Assembly: GCA_963825865.1 (NCBI GenBank)
Contig: CAWGVG010000051.1
Coordinates: forward strand, 1 to 45,748
Reading direction: 5' to 3'
DNA: 45,748 nt
Source: an uncultured Nitrososphaeraceae archaeon
GTDB lineage: Archaea; Thermoproteota; Nitrososphaeria; Nitrososphaerales; Nitrososphaeraceae
Below, piece by piece: positions 11,030 to 22,847 of this stretch. Below the pieces are notes generated by a model. It was not told where the DNA came from. It saw only the letters and a program-made list of their open reading frames with translations, and did not search any database. Both the position numbers and the translations under genes were made by a program. Each line of letters opens with the position of its first letter. The first letter of the stretch is position 1.

Positions 11030-13893
11030 CTGGCACCTCTTTGAATTATTTGATCAATTACTAGCTTTGATTTTAGATATTTGCCTGTATAACTGATATT
11101 TTCTTTTCTTGCAATCTCATCCGGCTTTCCAGCAACAACAATTTTGCCGCCCCTCTCTCCGCCTTCCGGTCCAAGGTCTATGATCCAATCCGCATTTGCG
11201 ATGACATCAAGATTGTGTTCAATAACTATTACCGTATTACCAAGGTCCACTAGCCTTGTCAGAACATGCAACAACTTGCTAACATCTGCAAAATGAAGAC
11301 CTGTAGTTGGTTCATCAAGTATGTAGACTGTTTTGCCTGTATCTCTTTTTGAGAGTTCTGCAGCAAGTTTAATCCTTTGCGCTTCCCCGCCTGATAATGT
11401 GGTAGCTGGCTGACCGAGATGTATATATCCAAGCCCAACATCATTTAAAGTTCTTAACTTCTTTTCGATCATTGAAATATTTGCAAAGAATTCTAACGCC
11501 TCCTCGACAGTCATATGAAGTATATCTGAAATTGTTTTTCCTCTGTACTTTACAGTGAGCGTTTCAGAATTGTATCGTTTGCCCTTACATTCATCGCATG
11601 TGACGTAAACATCAGGTAAAAATTGCATTTCAATTTTCTTTACTCCACCACCTTCGCATGCCTCACATCTTCCTACAGCGACATTAAATGAAAATCTGCC
11701 AGCTTTATATCCCATTTCTTTTGCCTGAGGAGTCTTTGCAAATAGCTCTCTAATTGGTGTAAATGCATTAACGTAGGTTGCTGCATTTGATCGAGGTGTA
11801 CGACCAATTGGTGATTGATCAATTCCTATTACTTTATCTACTTGTTCCAAGCCGGAAATCTTACTGTACTTCCCAGGCTTTTCTTTGGAGCCGTAAAAAT
11901 GATGTGACAACGCCCTGAATAAGATATCGTTTACCAAAGTTGATTTGCCAGAGCCAGAGACTCCGGTTACTATTGTCATGCATCCAAGAGGGAATTGCAC
12001 ATCAACTGATTTTAGATTATTCTCTTGTGCTCCATGTACTGTGATCCATCGTTCTGGATTTTTTTCACTATTTTTTTTTTGATGGGAAACAAGTTTTTCT
12101 CCTCTGAGGAAAGCACCTGTAACAGAATTCCGGTTTTTTAGGATATCTTCCAAAGAACCGTTGCCAACAATTTCTCCTCCGTGAATACCTGCACCTGGTC
12201 CAATATCAATGATCCAATCTGCACTACGTATAACTTCCTCATCATGTTCAACTACAAGCAAAGTATTGTCAAGGTCACGCAATTTTTTTAATGTATCAAT
12301 CAATCTAGCATTGTCCCTCTGATGCAAACCTATAGTAGGCTCATCAAGAACATATAGAACTCCAGTTAGGTTTGAACCAATCTGTGTAGCCAACCTAATT
12401 CTCTGTGATTCTCCACCAGAAAGCGTAGCCGTCATTCTGTTCAATGATAAGTAGTTCAATCCTACATTAAGCAAGAATTCGAGTCTTGAAACTATCTCTT
12501 TTAGTACGTTTCTTGCGATATACTTTTCAGTTTCAGAAAGTTCTATTGTTTTGAAGAACTTGTAACAATCATCGATTGAAAGATCACAAATATCCATTAT
12601 TGACTTTTCATGAATTTTAACTGATAGTGCTTCCTTACGTAATCTCTTTCCATAGCAGTCATCACAAGGCTGCTCACGCATAAATTGCATAAGCTCTTCG
12701 CGCTTTGGTTCAGATTCTGTTTGTTTATATATGCGCTCTAAGTTGGGAATTATGCCCTCAAAGGATCCTCTGTATTCCCACCTACTGTCAGAATATCTTG
12801 ATTGGTACTTGTAATGGATATTTTCATTAGTTCCATATAAAATGACTTTGAGCTGCTGATCTGTCATTTTTGAAATTGGCATATAAAGATCAAATCCAAA
12901 GCATTTGCCTACATCTCTAAGCATTGCAGAACGAAATCTAGCGAAATGTCCAGACCAAGGCTTGATTGCTCCTTCCAAGATGCTTTTTGACTTGTCTGGA
13001 ATAATTAATTCGGGATCAAATTCAATTTTTATTCCGAGTCCATTGCATTTCCTGCATGCACCAAAAGGCGAGTTAAATGAGAATGTACGCGGCTCTAGAT
13101 CGCCTAGACTGATACCGCAGTGTGGACATGCATTGCGTTGGGAATATAACATATCTTTCTCATCCATAGACGCAATTACAATGCCGTTTCCTACTTTCAA
13201 TGCCGATTGGATTGATTCAAATAATCTGCTTTTTACTTGATCAGAGGGTTTTAATCTATCAACAATGACTTCAATTGTATGTTTTTTCTGCTTATTCAGT
13301 CTGGGGTACTCTTGTTTTTCTTCTTCATCTTCAAGATTGGTTATTTCACCATCTAATCGAATCCTTGCAAATCCATTTTGTTTTAGTTCATTAAATAGTT
13401 TTTCATACGTACCTTTCTTTGACTGAATAACTGGAGCAAGTATCATTGTACTCTTTCCTTGAGCAGATTTCAGAATTGAGTCTGTGATCGAATCTGCAGA
13501 CTGACTTGTAATTTTTCTGTCACATTTGGGGCAATGAGGAATTCCAATTCTGGCGTAAAACAATCTTAGATAGTCATAGACCTCTGTAACTGTACCGACT
13601 GTAGATCGTGGATTTTTACTTGTAGTTTTCTGCTGAATTGATATTGCTGGAGATAAGCCATCGATGGAATCGACATCAGGTTTGTCCATCAATTCTAAAA
13701 ATTGTCTTGCATATGCTGATAATGACTCTACGTAACGCCTCTGTCCTTCTGCATAAATTGTATCAAATGCAAGGGTTGATTTGCCTGAACCTGACAACCC
13801 CGTTATTACAATGAGCCGATTCTTTGGAATTTCAATATTGATATTTTTTAAATTATGTTGTCTTGCACCTCTGATAATTATTTTATCATGCAT
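11026..13893 (-). CDS. uvrA: Excinuclease ABC subunit A
   Basis: Two ABC ATPase modules (GLSGSGKS, GVSGSGKS, LSGGE twice, DEPT) and zinc fingers. Confidence 0.98.
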   Translation of the reverse strand: MHDKIIIRGARQHNLKNINIEIPKNRLIVITGLSGSGKSTLAFDTIYAEGQRRYVESLSAYARQFLELMDKPDVDSIDGLSPAISIQQKTTSKNPRSTVGTVTEVYDYLRLFYARIGIPHCPKCDRKITSQSADSITDSILKSAQGKSTMILAPVIQSKKGTYEKLFNELKQNGFARIRLDGEITNLEDEEEKQEYPRLNKQKKHTIEVIVDRLKPSDQVKSRLFESIQSALKVGNGIVIASMDEKDMLYSQRNACPHCGISLGDLEPRTFSFNSPFGACRKCNGLGIKIEFDPELIIPDKSKSILEGAIKPWSGHFARFRSAMLRDVGKCFGFDLYMPISKMTDQQLKVILYGTNENIHYKYQSRYSDSRWEYRGSFEGIIPNLERIYKQTESEPKREELMQFMREQPCDDCYGKRLRKEALSVKIHEKSIMDICDLSIDDCYKFFKTIELSETEKYIARNVLKEIVSRLEFLLNVGLNYLSLNRMTATLSGGESQRIRLATQIGSNLTGVLYVLDEPTIGLHQRDNARLIDTLKKLRDLDNTLLVVEHDEEVIRSADWIIDIGPGAGIHGGEIVGNGSLEDILKNRNSVTGAFLRGEKLVSHQKKNSEKNPERWITVHGAQENNLKSVDVQFPLGCMTIVTGVSGSGKSTLVNDILFRALSHHFYGSKEKPGKYSKISGLEQVDKVIGIDQSPIGRTPRSNAATYVNAFTPIRELFAKTPQAKEMGYKAGRFSFNVAVGRCEACEGGGVKKIEMQFLPDVYVTCDECKGKRYNSETLTVKYRGKTISDILHMTVEEALEFFANISMIEKKLRTLNDVGLGYIHLGQPATTLSGGEAQRIKLAAELSKRDTGKTVYILDEPTTGLHFADVSKLLHVLTRLVDLGNTVIVIEHNLDVIANADWIIDLGPEGGERGGKIVVAGKPDEIARKENISYTGKYLKSKLVIDQIIQRGAR

Positions 13894-13900
13894 ACTATTT

Positions 13901-15884
13901 TTATAAAACCTCTAATATTGCTGGCTCTCCTAGAGCCATCTTTATCTTTATCATCTTTTCTCTAAATTCAATTGCTTTCTCAAAATCTAAATCTTCAGCA
14001 AATCTTTTCATTGTTGCTTCTGTTTCTACTGCAAGTTTTACCAGATCCGCTCTTGCCATAGACTTTATATCTACAACTGTCCCAAGATCTGCTGTTTTTT
14101 TCTCAGGAATAGATTTGATAATAGATTTGGGAGTTATCTGGTTTTTTTTGTTGTATTGGATCTGCTTCTTACGTCTTCTTTCTGTTTCTGTCACTGCACT
14201 TTTTATCGAATCAGTAATGTGATCAGCATACATGATAACCAAGCCATCAATATTTCTAGCGGCGCGTCCAATGGTTTGTATAAGACTTGTATTATTACGC
14301 AAGAATCCTTCTTTATCAGCATCCAAAATAGCAACTAAAGATACTTCAGGAATATCGAGGCCTTCTCTAAGCAAGTTAATGCCAACCAAAACATCAAATT
14401 CACCCAGGCGTAGCTGCCGTATTAGCTCTGTTCTTTCCAACCCTTCAATTTCTGAGTGCAAATAACTTACTCTTACATCGTTCTTGGCAAGGAACTCTGC
14501 AAGATCCTCTGCCATCCTCTTTGTCAAAGTGGTAACCAGAATCCTCTGCTTCTTATTTACTCTAATTGTAATTTCTTGAATCAGATCTTGTATCTGATTT
14601 TTAGTAGATCTGACCTCTACTATTGGATCAACCAATCCTGTCGGTCTAACCAGCTGTTCTACAACCTGCCAGGCTCGATCTTGTCTCATAACTTGCTGGT
14701 GTTGCAGACACAAAAATGACATTTTTTAAATATTTTTCGAATTCTTCAAACTTTAGAGGACGGTTATCGAAAGCGCTTGGTAATCTAAATCCATAATCAA
14801 CCAGCATCTTCTTACGTGTATAATCTCCATTGAACATACCATGAAGTTGGGGTATTGTAACGTGAGATTCGTCTATGACCAGTAGGAAATCCTCGCCAAA
14901 AAAGTCTAGCAAACAATATGGTGGTTGTCCTGGGGCCCTGCCATCTAAATGACGGGAATAATTTTCAATTCCTGAGCAATAGCCTAACTCTTCTATCATT
15001 TCTAAATCATACTTTGTGCGTGAAGCAAGTCTTTGCTTCTCAAGTTCACTTGGTAAATTGGGAAGCCAATTTTCTAATTCTCGCTTTATTGATTCGGTCG
15101 CAGATAACCTCGAATCATCATCAATAATATAATGCTTAGCAGGAAAGACCTTTACAGAATTGGCATCCTTGATCTTTTTCATAGTCACATGATCATGAAT
15201 GCTAATTTTTTCAATTTCGTCTCCAAAAAGTGAAATACGGATTACGTCATCAGAATACCCTGGAATAATATCTATAATGTCGCCTTTTACCCTGAAATTG
15301 CCAGGTACTAGCGATATATCATTTCGTTCATAACGTGCTTCAACGAGATTGTGAATTAACACTTTTCTATTAACCTTCATATCTTTTGTTATAGTAATTG
15401 CACTTTCTTCCCATTCTATAGGTGATCCAAGTGAGTAAATACATGATACAGTCGACACGATTATCGTTGGTTCGCCAGACATCAACATCGCAGTTGCCTC
15501 CAACCTCATTTTCTCAATCTTTTCATTGACCTCGGTATCTTTTTCGATATAGGTATCAGTCTGTGGGATATAACTTTCAGGTTGGTAATAGTCATAAAAA
15601 CTGACAAAGTACCCAATATTATTATTTGGAAAGAACTCCTTAAATTCTGCATACAGCTGAGCAGCCAAAGTTTTGTTATGCGATATTATTAGAGTATTTT
15701 TGTTTGTTCGTGTAACAGTATTGGCAATTGTAAATGTTTTTCCACTGCCAGTAACTCCAAGTAAAGTTTGGCGACCCTTTTTTGTTAATACTCCACTCAC
15801 TAATTTTTCAATAGCTTCAGGCTGGTCGCCTCTGGGCGGAAATGCATTTTTTGCTAAAGTAAATCCTCTAGAGTTAGTAAGCAC
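13901..15884 (-). CDS. uvrB: Excinuclease ABC subunit B (one frameshift at about 14675)
   Basis: [25 protein letters not shown], then [27 protein letters not shown] and a C-terminal UVR domain. Confidence 0.96.
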
Positions 15885-16039
15885 CAGAAGAATTATTCAT
15901 CATAACGACCATATATTGTTATACGAAAAAGACAAGGTTGAAACTCGTAGCATTACCCATAGAGATGACAATCTATTTTTGGGTGCACTCTAATAACACC
16001 AAAATTCTTTTGTTTAACCCCGATCATTATTATTGTATT

Positions 16040-16732
16040 ATGGAAGAAAAACCTATCTACACAGTTGATAAACAGAAATTTATCGCATTTTTAAAAAATG
16101 AAGCCAAGTTACGTGTTGACGACTTTATAGAAGGTGCACTTGAGGTGGCGGAAGAGGTTCATTCTGGAGTAAAAAGAGAAGATGGTTTCTCACCATTCCT
16201 TGAAACACACATATTGCCTGTTGCAATCGATGTTGTAAAACATTATAGGTCTATTAACCGCAATATTACCAGCGTCGAAATTGCTTCAGCAATTTTACAT
16301 GATGTATTAGAGGACAATGATAGGATTCTCGATTGGTATAAAACAAAGGCATATGGTTTTGAAGCAGATTTAAAATACAAATTTGGAAATAGGGTGCACG
16401 AAATAGCTACTGAATTAAAGATCCGTCCTCTTGAAAATTATCCAGGGACTAACGATGAAGAACGCCAATTAACAAGATTCTATGAATATTGTGATATTCT
16501 TATGTCTGCTGAATATGATGTAAAAACGATTAAACTTGCTGATAGGATAAACAATATGCGGTTCATTTCCAGTGTTCCTAGCCATTCCAAGGTAAGAAGA
16601 TATTTAAGAGAAGCTGAGGATTTTTATATAGCATATTCAATGCTCAACCCTAAAATGCCTGATTTTTATAAGAAAATCAGGATGGCATATGAAAAACTAA
16701 GTACACAGTCCAAAAGTCTAGTCGCTACATAA
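16040..16732 (+). CDS. Stand-alone RelA/SpoT-type HD hydrolase (HD_4, Mesh1/SAH-like)
   Basis: AEEVHSGVKREDG..PF..H, AILHDVLED, IKLADRINNMR motifs. Confidence 0.8.
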   Translation: MEEKPIYTVDKQKFIAFLKNEAKLRVDDFIEGALEVAEEVHSGVKREDGFSPFLETHILPVAIDVVKHYRSINRNITSVEIASAILHDVLEDNDRILDWYKTKAYGFEADLKYKFGNRVHEIATELKIRPLENYPGTNDEERQLTRFYEYCDILMSAEYDVKTIKLADRINNMRFISSVPSHSKVRRYLREAEDFYIAYSMLNPKMPDFYKKIRMAYEKLSTQSKSLVAT

Positions 16733-17189
16733 ACTACTCTGAGTAAACCTGTACACATATCTATATATTCAAATATTGCCCTCCACTCCACATCTATGAC
16801 TTTTTTTCTTTTTTTCGTAGTTAATTAGTCATGTATATATAGAATAATTACAAAAATCAGTACTATTACTGAATATACTTCTGATATGTATCTCTTCTTA
16901 GGTTACAATGACTTGTTCCCTGTACTACTACTAAGTAGTATATACTCACAATAGCTATGATCACTGTATAAATATCAACATCCGATAGAATCGGTTTTAG
17001 ACTGAAAAAGCTGAGATTTGATAGTATTTTTTGCTGTAGATTTTCTCTCTTTCTGTTAGATTTTTATTTTTGAACTATATCGACGATTTGCTACTTCTTA
17101 ACTTTGTGTTTTCTTTTCTGGTTAATATTACCAAACTTTTTAAAAGATATCATAGCGATAACAAAGAAAGTGTGATTTAATTAACACAA

Positions 17190-17456
17190 TTGGAAATAGA
17201 CGAATGCATAGAGTGGATATTGCATACAGTAGCGTTCAAAAAGCATTTTAATTTTAAATATGCATTCGCAGAAAATTGGGAATTTCTTATCTTCGGTGCA
17301 AAGGATTACTATATTGATACTAAAGCACTTAAAAAAATTGAAAAGACCACTGGAATGATTTTGGTACAAATAAAATCATGTGAAGGAATGGCAGAATTAT
17401 GGTTCGGCAGAATGGTAGCAGTAAGGAAAAGAAACCTTGCGAATAGAATTGTATAA
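17190..17456 (+). CDS. Hypothetical protein, 88 aa
   Basis: ORF with protein-like composition, TTG start. Confidence 0.55.
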   Translation: MEIDECIEWILHTVAFKKHFNFKYAFAENWEFLIFGAKDYYIDTKALKKIEKTTGMILVQIKSCEGMAELWFGRMVAVRKRNLANRIV

Positions 17457-17792
17457 GCAAAAAAGGGGAGTGATCTTGGTAATGGGTTATATTCAATTGT
17501 CGAATGCAAATATGTAAGAAGTTGGAAGTCTTAACAAAATATACTGCTGCTATTGGGTATGAAGAGGGGTGCTAAATATAATCAAAGAAAAACATCTATT
17601 TCAGATGTTTTAAAATTCAACGGCTTAGTTAGAGTGCTTTTTACGTTTATATTTATTTGGCTCCTTGTTTTCTAAAAATGGTATTGTGAACGGTTACATC
17701 ATGTTTAGTAGATGTGATAAATAATATAATAATATGCTGAATATCCATAAGAAGAGTAAGAGCGTTCTAAGCCCTGGCATTAACTTTCATAC

Positions 17793-17808
17793 ACAAACCA
17801 TTTAAAGG
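17793..17808 (+). promoter_or_regulatory. Putative BRE/TATA promoter of the etf/fix operon
   Basis: CAAACCA followed by TTTAAA at 17801-17806, about 30 bp upstream of the ATG at 17834. Confidence 0.5.
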
Positions 17809-17833
17809 GAATTGATTGGAAGAAATCAGGTAA

Positions 17834-18715
17834 ATGGTTTCACTTAATATCGCAGTTATCATAAAACTAGAGCCTGACTTTTCAGAAGGAAATGTTAGCT
17901 ACAATTCAGATGGAACATTAAACAGAGCAGAGACTAAGAGCATCCTCGGTCCTCACAGTGCTGTTGCATCAAAAGCCGCATTTTATTCTAAAGTAAAGTA
18001 TGGTGCTCGGGTTTCTGTTGGAACAATGGGCCCTCCAATTGCCGATTTCGCTTTACAACAGGCTCAATTAATCTGTGATGCCGATGAATTACACCTTTAT
18101 AGCGATAGAATATTTGCAGGCGCAGATACTCTGGCAACTGCCGAAGTATTGAAAACTGGAATAAGCAAAATGGAAGTGGATAAAATGGATATTGTCTTTT
18201 CAGGACACAGAGCTTCTGATGGCGAGACAGGTCAAACAGGTCCTCAGACAGCTTGGAAGCTTGGTTATACATTTCTAGGCAATGTGATTGATTATGATGT
18301 TGATCTTGAAAGACAAATCGTCACAGCGAAACGTTTGATCACTTTACAGGGATTTTACGACATCATAGAGGAGGTAGAAGCGCCATTACCTGTATTTATT
18401 ACAGTTGATCCTTCATACAAGCCAGTCTTTACCACTGTTTTACAAAGGTTAGCATTTGTGAAGTATCAGAAAGAGGCAAAGGAACGAGCTCAAAATTATA
18501 AAAAATATCTAAAAGTTTTCAATGCTCAACAACTGGGTGTTGACCCAAAATTTGTTGGTCTTCCTGGATCTCCTACAATTGTGTACAAAGTAGAAAAGAT
18601 CCCAAAGGCAAAAGCAAGCAGAAAAGCCGAAATTGTAGATGGATCGAATCGCGAGCAGCTACGAAAAGTTGTTGCACGGATGAGCGAAGTTCTAGGAGGA
18701 ATGATGATCAAATGA
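17834..18715 (+). CDS. fixA: Electron transfer flavoprotein beta subunit (FixA/EtfB)
   Basis: TMGPP, SDRIFAGADTLATA, GHRASDGETGQTG, GLPGSPT motifs. Confidence 0.9.
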   Translation: MVSLNIAVIIKLEPDFSEGNVSYNSDGTLNRAETKSILGPHSAVASKAAFYSKVKYGARVSVGTMGPPIADFALQQAQLICDADELHLYSDRIFAGADTLATAEVLKTGISKMEVDKMDIVFSGHRASDGETGQTGPQTAWKLGYTFLGNVIDYDVDLERQIVTAKRLITLQGFYDIIEEVEAPLPVFITVDPSYKPVFTTVLQRLAFVKYQKEAKERAQNYKKYLKVFNAQQLGVDPKFVGLPGSPTIVYKVEKIPKAKASRKAEIVDGSNREQLRKVVARMSEVLGGMMIK

Positions 18716-19917
18716 CAACTACTACAAGCGAAGGCAGTTATAGACATCTTTACGTGGTAATTGAACATGAAGAGGGCAAACCAATTCCTGTTAGCTTAGA
18801 AATGCTAGGTGAGGCCAGGAGACTAATGAATGATTTTAACAAAAAATATTCGTCCAACGAAAAAGTCATTGCCGTGGTACTAGGATATAATGTGAGAAAA
18901 TTATGTGAAGAATTGCTCTTTTATGGTGCAGACGCAGTAATTTATGCAGAAAGCCCAGAATTACGGTATACAAGAAATCTAATTGATACCAAAATAATCA
19001 GCCAGATTGCTATAGACAAGGAATGTATAGCAAAGATTTCTCCAGACTATGCTGAACAGTTCAAAAAACCAAGGTATATGTTTTTTGCTGCTGATAATAT
19101 CGGTAGACATCTGTCGTCCACAGTGCTGGCAGAACTAGACTCAGGTCTTGCTTCAGATATCAACAAACTTGTAATCGAAGATCTTGAAATCAAACATGAA
19201 CACAAGACAAAAGGTCAATCCATGAATTATGCGAAAATACTTGAAATGTATAGACCTGACTTTTCAGGTTTTCTATGGACTACTATTTTATGCCTTGATA
19301 ACCGAAACCCTGCTATAGAAAGAGAATATCATCCTCAGGCATGCAGCATAATTCCAGGAGTATTCCAACCACTTACACGTGATGCTACAGGGAAGGGAAT
19401 AATTGTAGATTATGTTCCAAAATTAGAAGAACAAGACCTTAATGTAAAGATATTGAGTCGCAAAGTTATCAAAAGTGCCGTTGATTTTGATACCCGCAAA
19501 GCAATCATAAGTTTTGGTCGAGGAGTTAAAGACTCTCCAGAAGAAAACATCAAATTAATTGAAGGACTAGCAAAGCAGTTGGATGCAGAGATCGGAATAT
19601 CGTTACCCATTTCAAAAAAACCATATACAATAAATGAAACAATAACCTCTACTTATATGATTCCTGATAGGGTGATCGGAACTAGCGGTCGAAGAGTTAT
19701 ACCATTGCTATATGTTGCAGTGGGAATCAGTGGAGCGATGCAGCATATTGCAGGAATGAAAGAATCTGAATTTGTTGTTGCAATCAATCTTGATGAAAAT
19801 TCACCAATTAAAGATGAATGTGATATTTTCATTAAAGGTAGAATGGAAGATGTGATACCTATGCTGATTGAAGAATTACGAAAACAAAAAAACTTAGTCA
19901 TGGAGGTTCGAAAGTAA
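18712..19917 (+). CDS. fixB: Electron transfer flavoprotein alpha subunit (FixB/EtfA)
   Basis: ATGA overlap with fixA; GRG, IGTSG, LYVAVGISGAMQHIAGM, VAIN motifs. Confidence 0.9.
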   Translation: MTTTTSEGSYRHLYVVIEHEEGKPIPVSLEMLGEARRLMNDFNKKYSSNEKVIAVVLGYNVRKLCEELLFYGADAVIYAESPELRYTRNLIDTKIISQIAIDKECIAKISPDYAEQFKKPRYMFFAADNIGRHLSSTVLAELDSGLASDINKLVIEDLEIKHEHKTKGQSMNYAKILEMYRPDFSGFLWTTILCLDNRNPAIEREYHPQACSIIPGVFQPLTRDATGKGIIVDYVPKLEEQDLNVKILSRKVIKSAVDFDTRKAIISFGRGVKDSPEENIKLIEGLAKQLDAEIGISLPISKKPYTINETITSTYMIPDRVIGTSGRRVIPLLYVAVGISGAMQHIAGMKESEFVVAINLDENSPIKDECDIFIKGRMEDVIPMLIEELRKQKNLVMEVRK

Positions 19918-19920
19918 AAA

Positions 19921-21791
19921 ATGGAGCATTTTGATGTTGTAATAATTGGAGGTGGTTCAGCTGGATTAGCTGCACTCAAGCAACTATCTACTCTAAAAAA
20001 GCAGGCTGTTCTGATAGAGGCTGGAAAGACAGTTGGCTCCAAGAATATATCCGGAGGAATTCTTTATTCAAAGAAACCAAAGAATGGTAAGGTTTACAAC
20101 GTTGAAGATGTCTATGGGCAGCAATTTCTAACTGAAGCCCCTCTTGAAAGGCTGATTACAAAATACATTCTTCATGCTACATCAAAAGACAAAGTATTTT
20201 CAATTGATCTTACCCCTGCACATGAGTATCAGACTAACTTCGGTTACTCTGTTCTATTAAATGAGTTAAATTCTTGGTTTGCAAAAGAAGCAGGAGAAAG
20301 TGCTGAAAAACAAGGTGGTGGTATTGTACCTGGAGTTCATGTTCAATCAATTAGTTGGCAGAATGATAAAACAATTATTCAAACTAATGAACTTGAAGAA
20401 TTTGAAGTAAATGCAGTAATTGCAGCTGACGGTGTTAATTCAGAAATTGCTGAAATAACTGGCGCTAGACCCAAATTCACTCCGGAAGAACTATATCAAG
20501 GTGTAAAGGTTGTAGTCAAAATACCTGAGGAGATTATAGAACAAAGGTTTGGAATAGGGCCAAACGATGGAGCCGCACATCTTTTTGCTGGTGATATTAC
20601 ATTAAATCATATAGGTGGTGGTTTTGTTTATACTAATCAAGATACATGTCAGTTGGTGCGGTATATCATTACGATTCTCTGATGGAAAAACCTAATGAAC
20701 CATATTTTCTTGTCAATGCATTATTGAACAATCCCATGGTTAGCGAATTTATTAAAGATGAAGTTGCAATAAAAGAGGAGATTGACAAGAATCTTCCAAC
20801 ACAGGAGCAACTAAGAACACGTTTTGCAGTTAGCAAACTAATAAAGACGTGGGATGAATTACGCTATGCATACTATTCTCCTGCTGGCAGAGCAAAACTA
20901 ATTGAAAGTGGTAAGTATAAATCAAACACAGAGATCAAATCAAGGATTGATTCTATTCGTCAAGAACTGACTGACAAGTACAGGACAAAATTTGAAACTG
21001 ATTATGTTGAATTAGAATATAGTGCAAAGTTAGTTCCTGATGGAAAGCGTTGTAGAATGAAAAAACCTTATCATAAGAATATTTTATTTGTAGGAGATGC
21101 TGCTGGTCGAGGTATTTTCATTGGTCCACGGATTGAAGGACTTAACGTGGGAATTGATGACGCAATAAGGGCTGCCAGTGCTGTTGTAAGATCCATCGAT
21201 AGAAATAATTTCAGTCATAACTATTTGGGCGAATTTTATACTCAATCGATAGAAGATAGTCCATATACAAGAGATATGAAGGAAATTGATAAGGATTATC
21301 TAAAGATATTTCTCAATGCCGCAAAAGATGTTCCAAAAGACATTGTCGGCTCGCGATACGGGATGGTCTTCAGATTAATGACAAGTGGTACATTGAGAAG
21401 CATTGCGGTGGGTTTTGCAAACATATTAGGATATGATCGCCTTTTGCCAATAGTGGAATCGGTGGAGACGTATGTCCAAGTACCAACCGAGATTGCAGAA
21501 AAATCAGGCACTCGAGTTTCATCAACATATTCTCCTACAATTCCTACAATTGCTCAGCGTATATCGAAATTAAAGTATGATGATGACCATCTCTCCCACA
21601 TTAATGTGTTGAACCCAAAAAGTGAATTTATGAAAAAGATGGTTATACTCTGCCCAACTAAATGCTATAGCATAGAAAAAGATGATGTTATGCTTCAACA
21701 TGAAGGATGTATAGAGTGTGGAACTTGTGCCAAAGAAACCGAGTGGAGACATCCACGTGGCGAGAAAGGAATCAACTTTCAATACGGGTAG
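19921..21791 (+). CDS. fixC: FixC-like FAD-dependent oxidoreductase fused to a C-terminal FixX-like ferredoxin (one frameshift at about 20646)
   Basis: GGGSAGL, GSKNISGG, ADGVNS, GGGFVYTNQDT(L)SVG, VGDAAG; C-terminal CPTKCY, CIECGTC, WRHPRGEKGINFQYG. Confidence 0.88.
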
Positions 21792-21796
21792 TTAGC

Positions 21797-22826
21797 TGTT
21801 GTACTTACACAGATGGGTAACAATTTTGATTACCTACATAGGTTACACTTTCTTGCTTCCTTTTTGTATATGTCTTAGATTTAATTAACCTTTGTACAAA
21901 CCTTTCAGAAGGAGTAAGACCATTTATTCCACCATGTTCCCTAGTTTCATTATATGCTTTGACAAACATATCATACCTTAGTTTTCCATCATCAATACTT
22001 GTTATTTCTTCAACTGTCAAGAACTCATTCTTTACAATCTTGTTATATGCTTCTATCTTTCCTTGTAACTGTGGATATGAATTTGGAATTGGTTTATCCT
22101 TTATGTTATTCTTATATAGAAAGTGTTTGAATAGTTTAGATGTAAACTGCTTACCGTTGTCATGCATAACTTTCCTGGGCTTTCCGTTATCCATAATCCA
22201 CTCCTCTAGTACCATTCAAAACATCAATGCTCCTCTTTCTTTCAGACCACTTGCTAGCAACTTTTCTTGAACAGTCATCTATACAGCTTATCATGTAATT
22301 TCTTGTGCTAGAACAGCGTACGTAAAATGGTCCAAGTATATCCATTTGAAGCATGTCATTTGGATGTTTCATTGCAAATCGCTTATACTTTCTATTATTC
22401 TTTACCTTACAGTTTAGAACGTTGAGAGTATGTTTTTTCAATGTCTTGTATATGGTTCTACTGCTCAATGATACTCCAAGTCTTTTTAATCTGAACCTGA
22501 TTCTACTAGTACCAAAGGTCTTTAATCTTAAATCAAGTATTGTTTCTTCTATTTCTTTAGATACTTTGGTTTTGATGCTATGAGGCCTTCTAGATAGGTC
22601 TTTCAACCCGTCTATTCCGTGCTCTATGTATCTATTTTTCCACTTGTAATATGTCTTCCTAGATATTTCGTATTTATTGCAAATATCGCTAATACTATTA
22701 CCAGTCCATTCATGTTCATGAATGAGATTGAATTTTGTTCTAATTTCTATAGAGATATCCACTTCCTAGCAGAAGTGTTACCTATGTCTGTAAGCTATAT
22801 TGTTACCTATGTTTGTAAGTACAACA
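21797..22826 (-). mobile_element. Complete IS481-family insertion sequence, 1030 bp
   Basis: Ends TGTTGTACTTACA...TGTAAGTACAACA, imperfect inverted repeat extending to GGTAACAAT; 6-bp target duplication GTTAGC at 21791-21796 and 22827-22832. Confidence 0.93.
21805..22762 (-). CDS. IS481-family transposase (one frameshift at about 22211)
   Basis: N-terminal HTH (ISRKTYYKWKNRY...GL.DLSRRP); integrase core with QMD, HDNGKQF, GKIE. Confidence 0.9.
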
Positions 22827-22847
22827 GTTAGCTAACTATTATAGATG

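Noticed and set aside
14669-14680. uvrB frameshift as another GCWGC case
   Set aside because: The local sequence (CCAGGCTCGATC) cannot be repaired to GCWGC by one deletion, so it was not counted; the fixC, IS481, integrase and kinase indels also lack the motif
10296-15993. Antisense and nested ORFs within uvrABC (and similar ones within fix, suc, IS and kinase genes)
   Set aside because: They are shadows of well-supported genes on the opposite strand or frame and have no motifs
22187-22215. Programmed frameshift in the IS transposase, as in IS3-family orfA/orfB
   Set aside because: The break is inside the catalytic core, needs a +1 correction, has no slippery heptamer, and IS481 transposases are single ORFs
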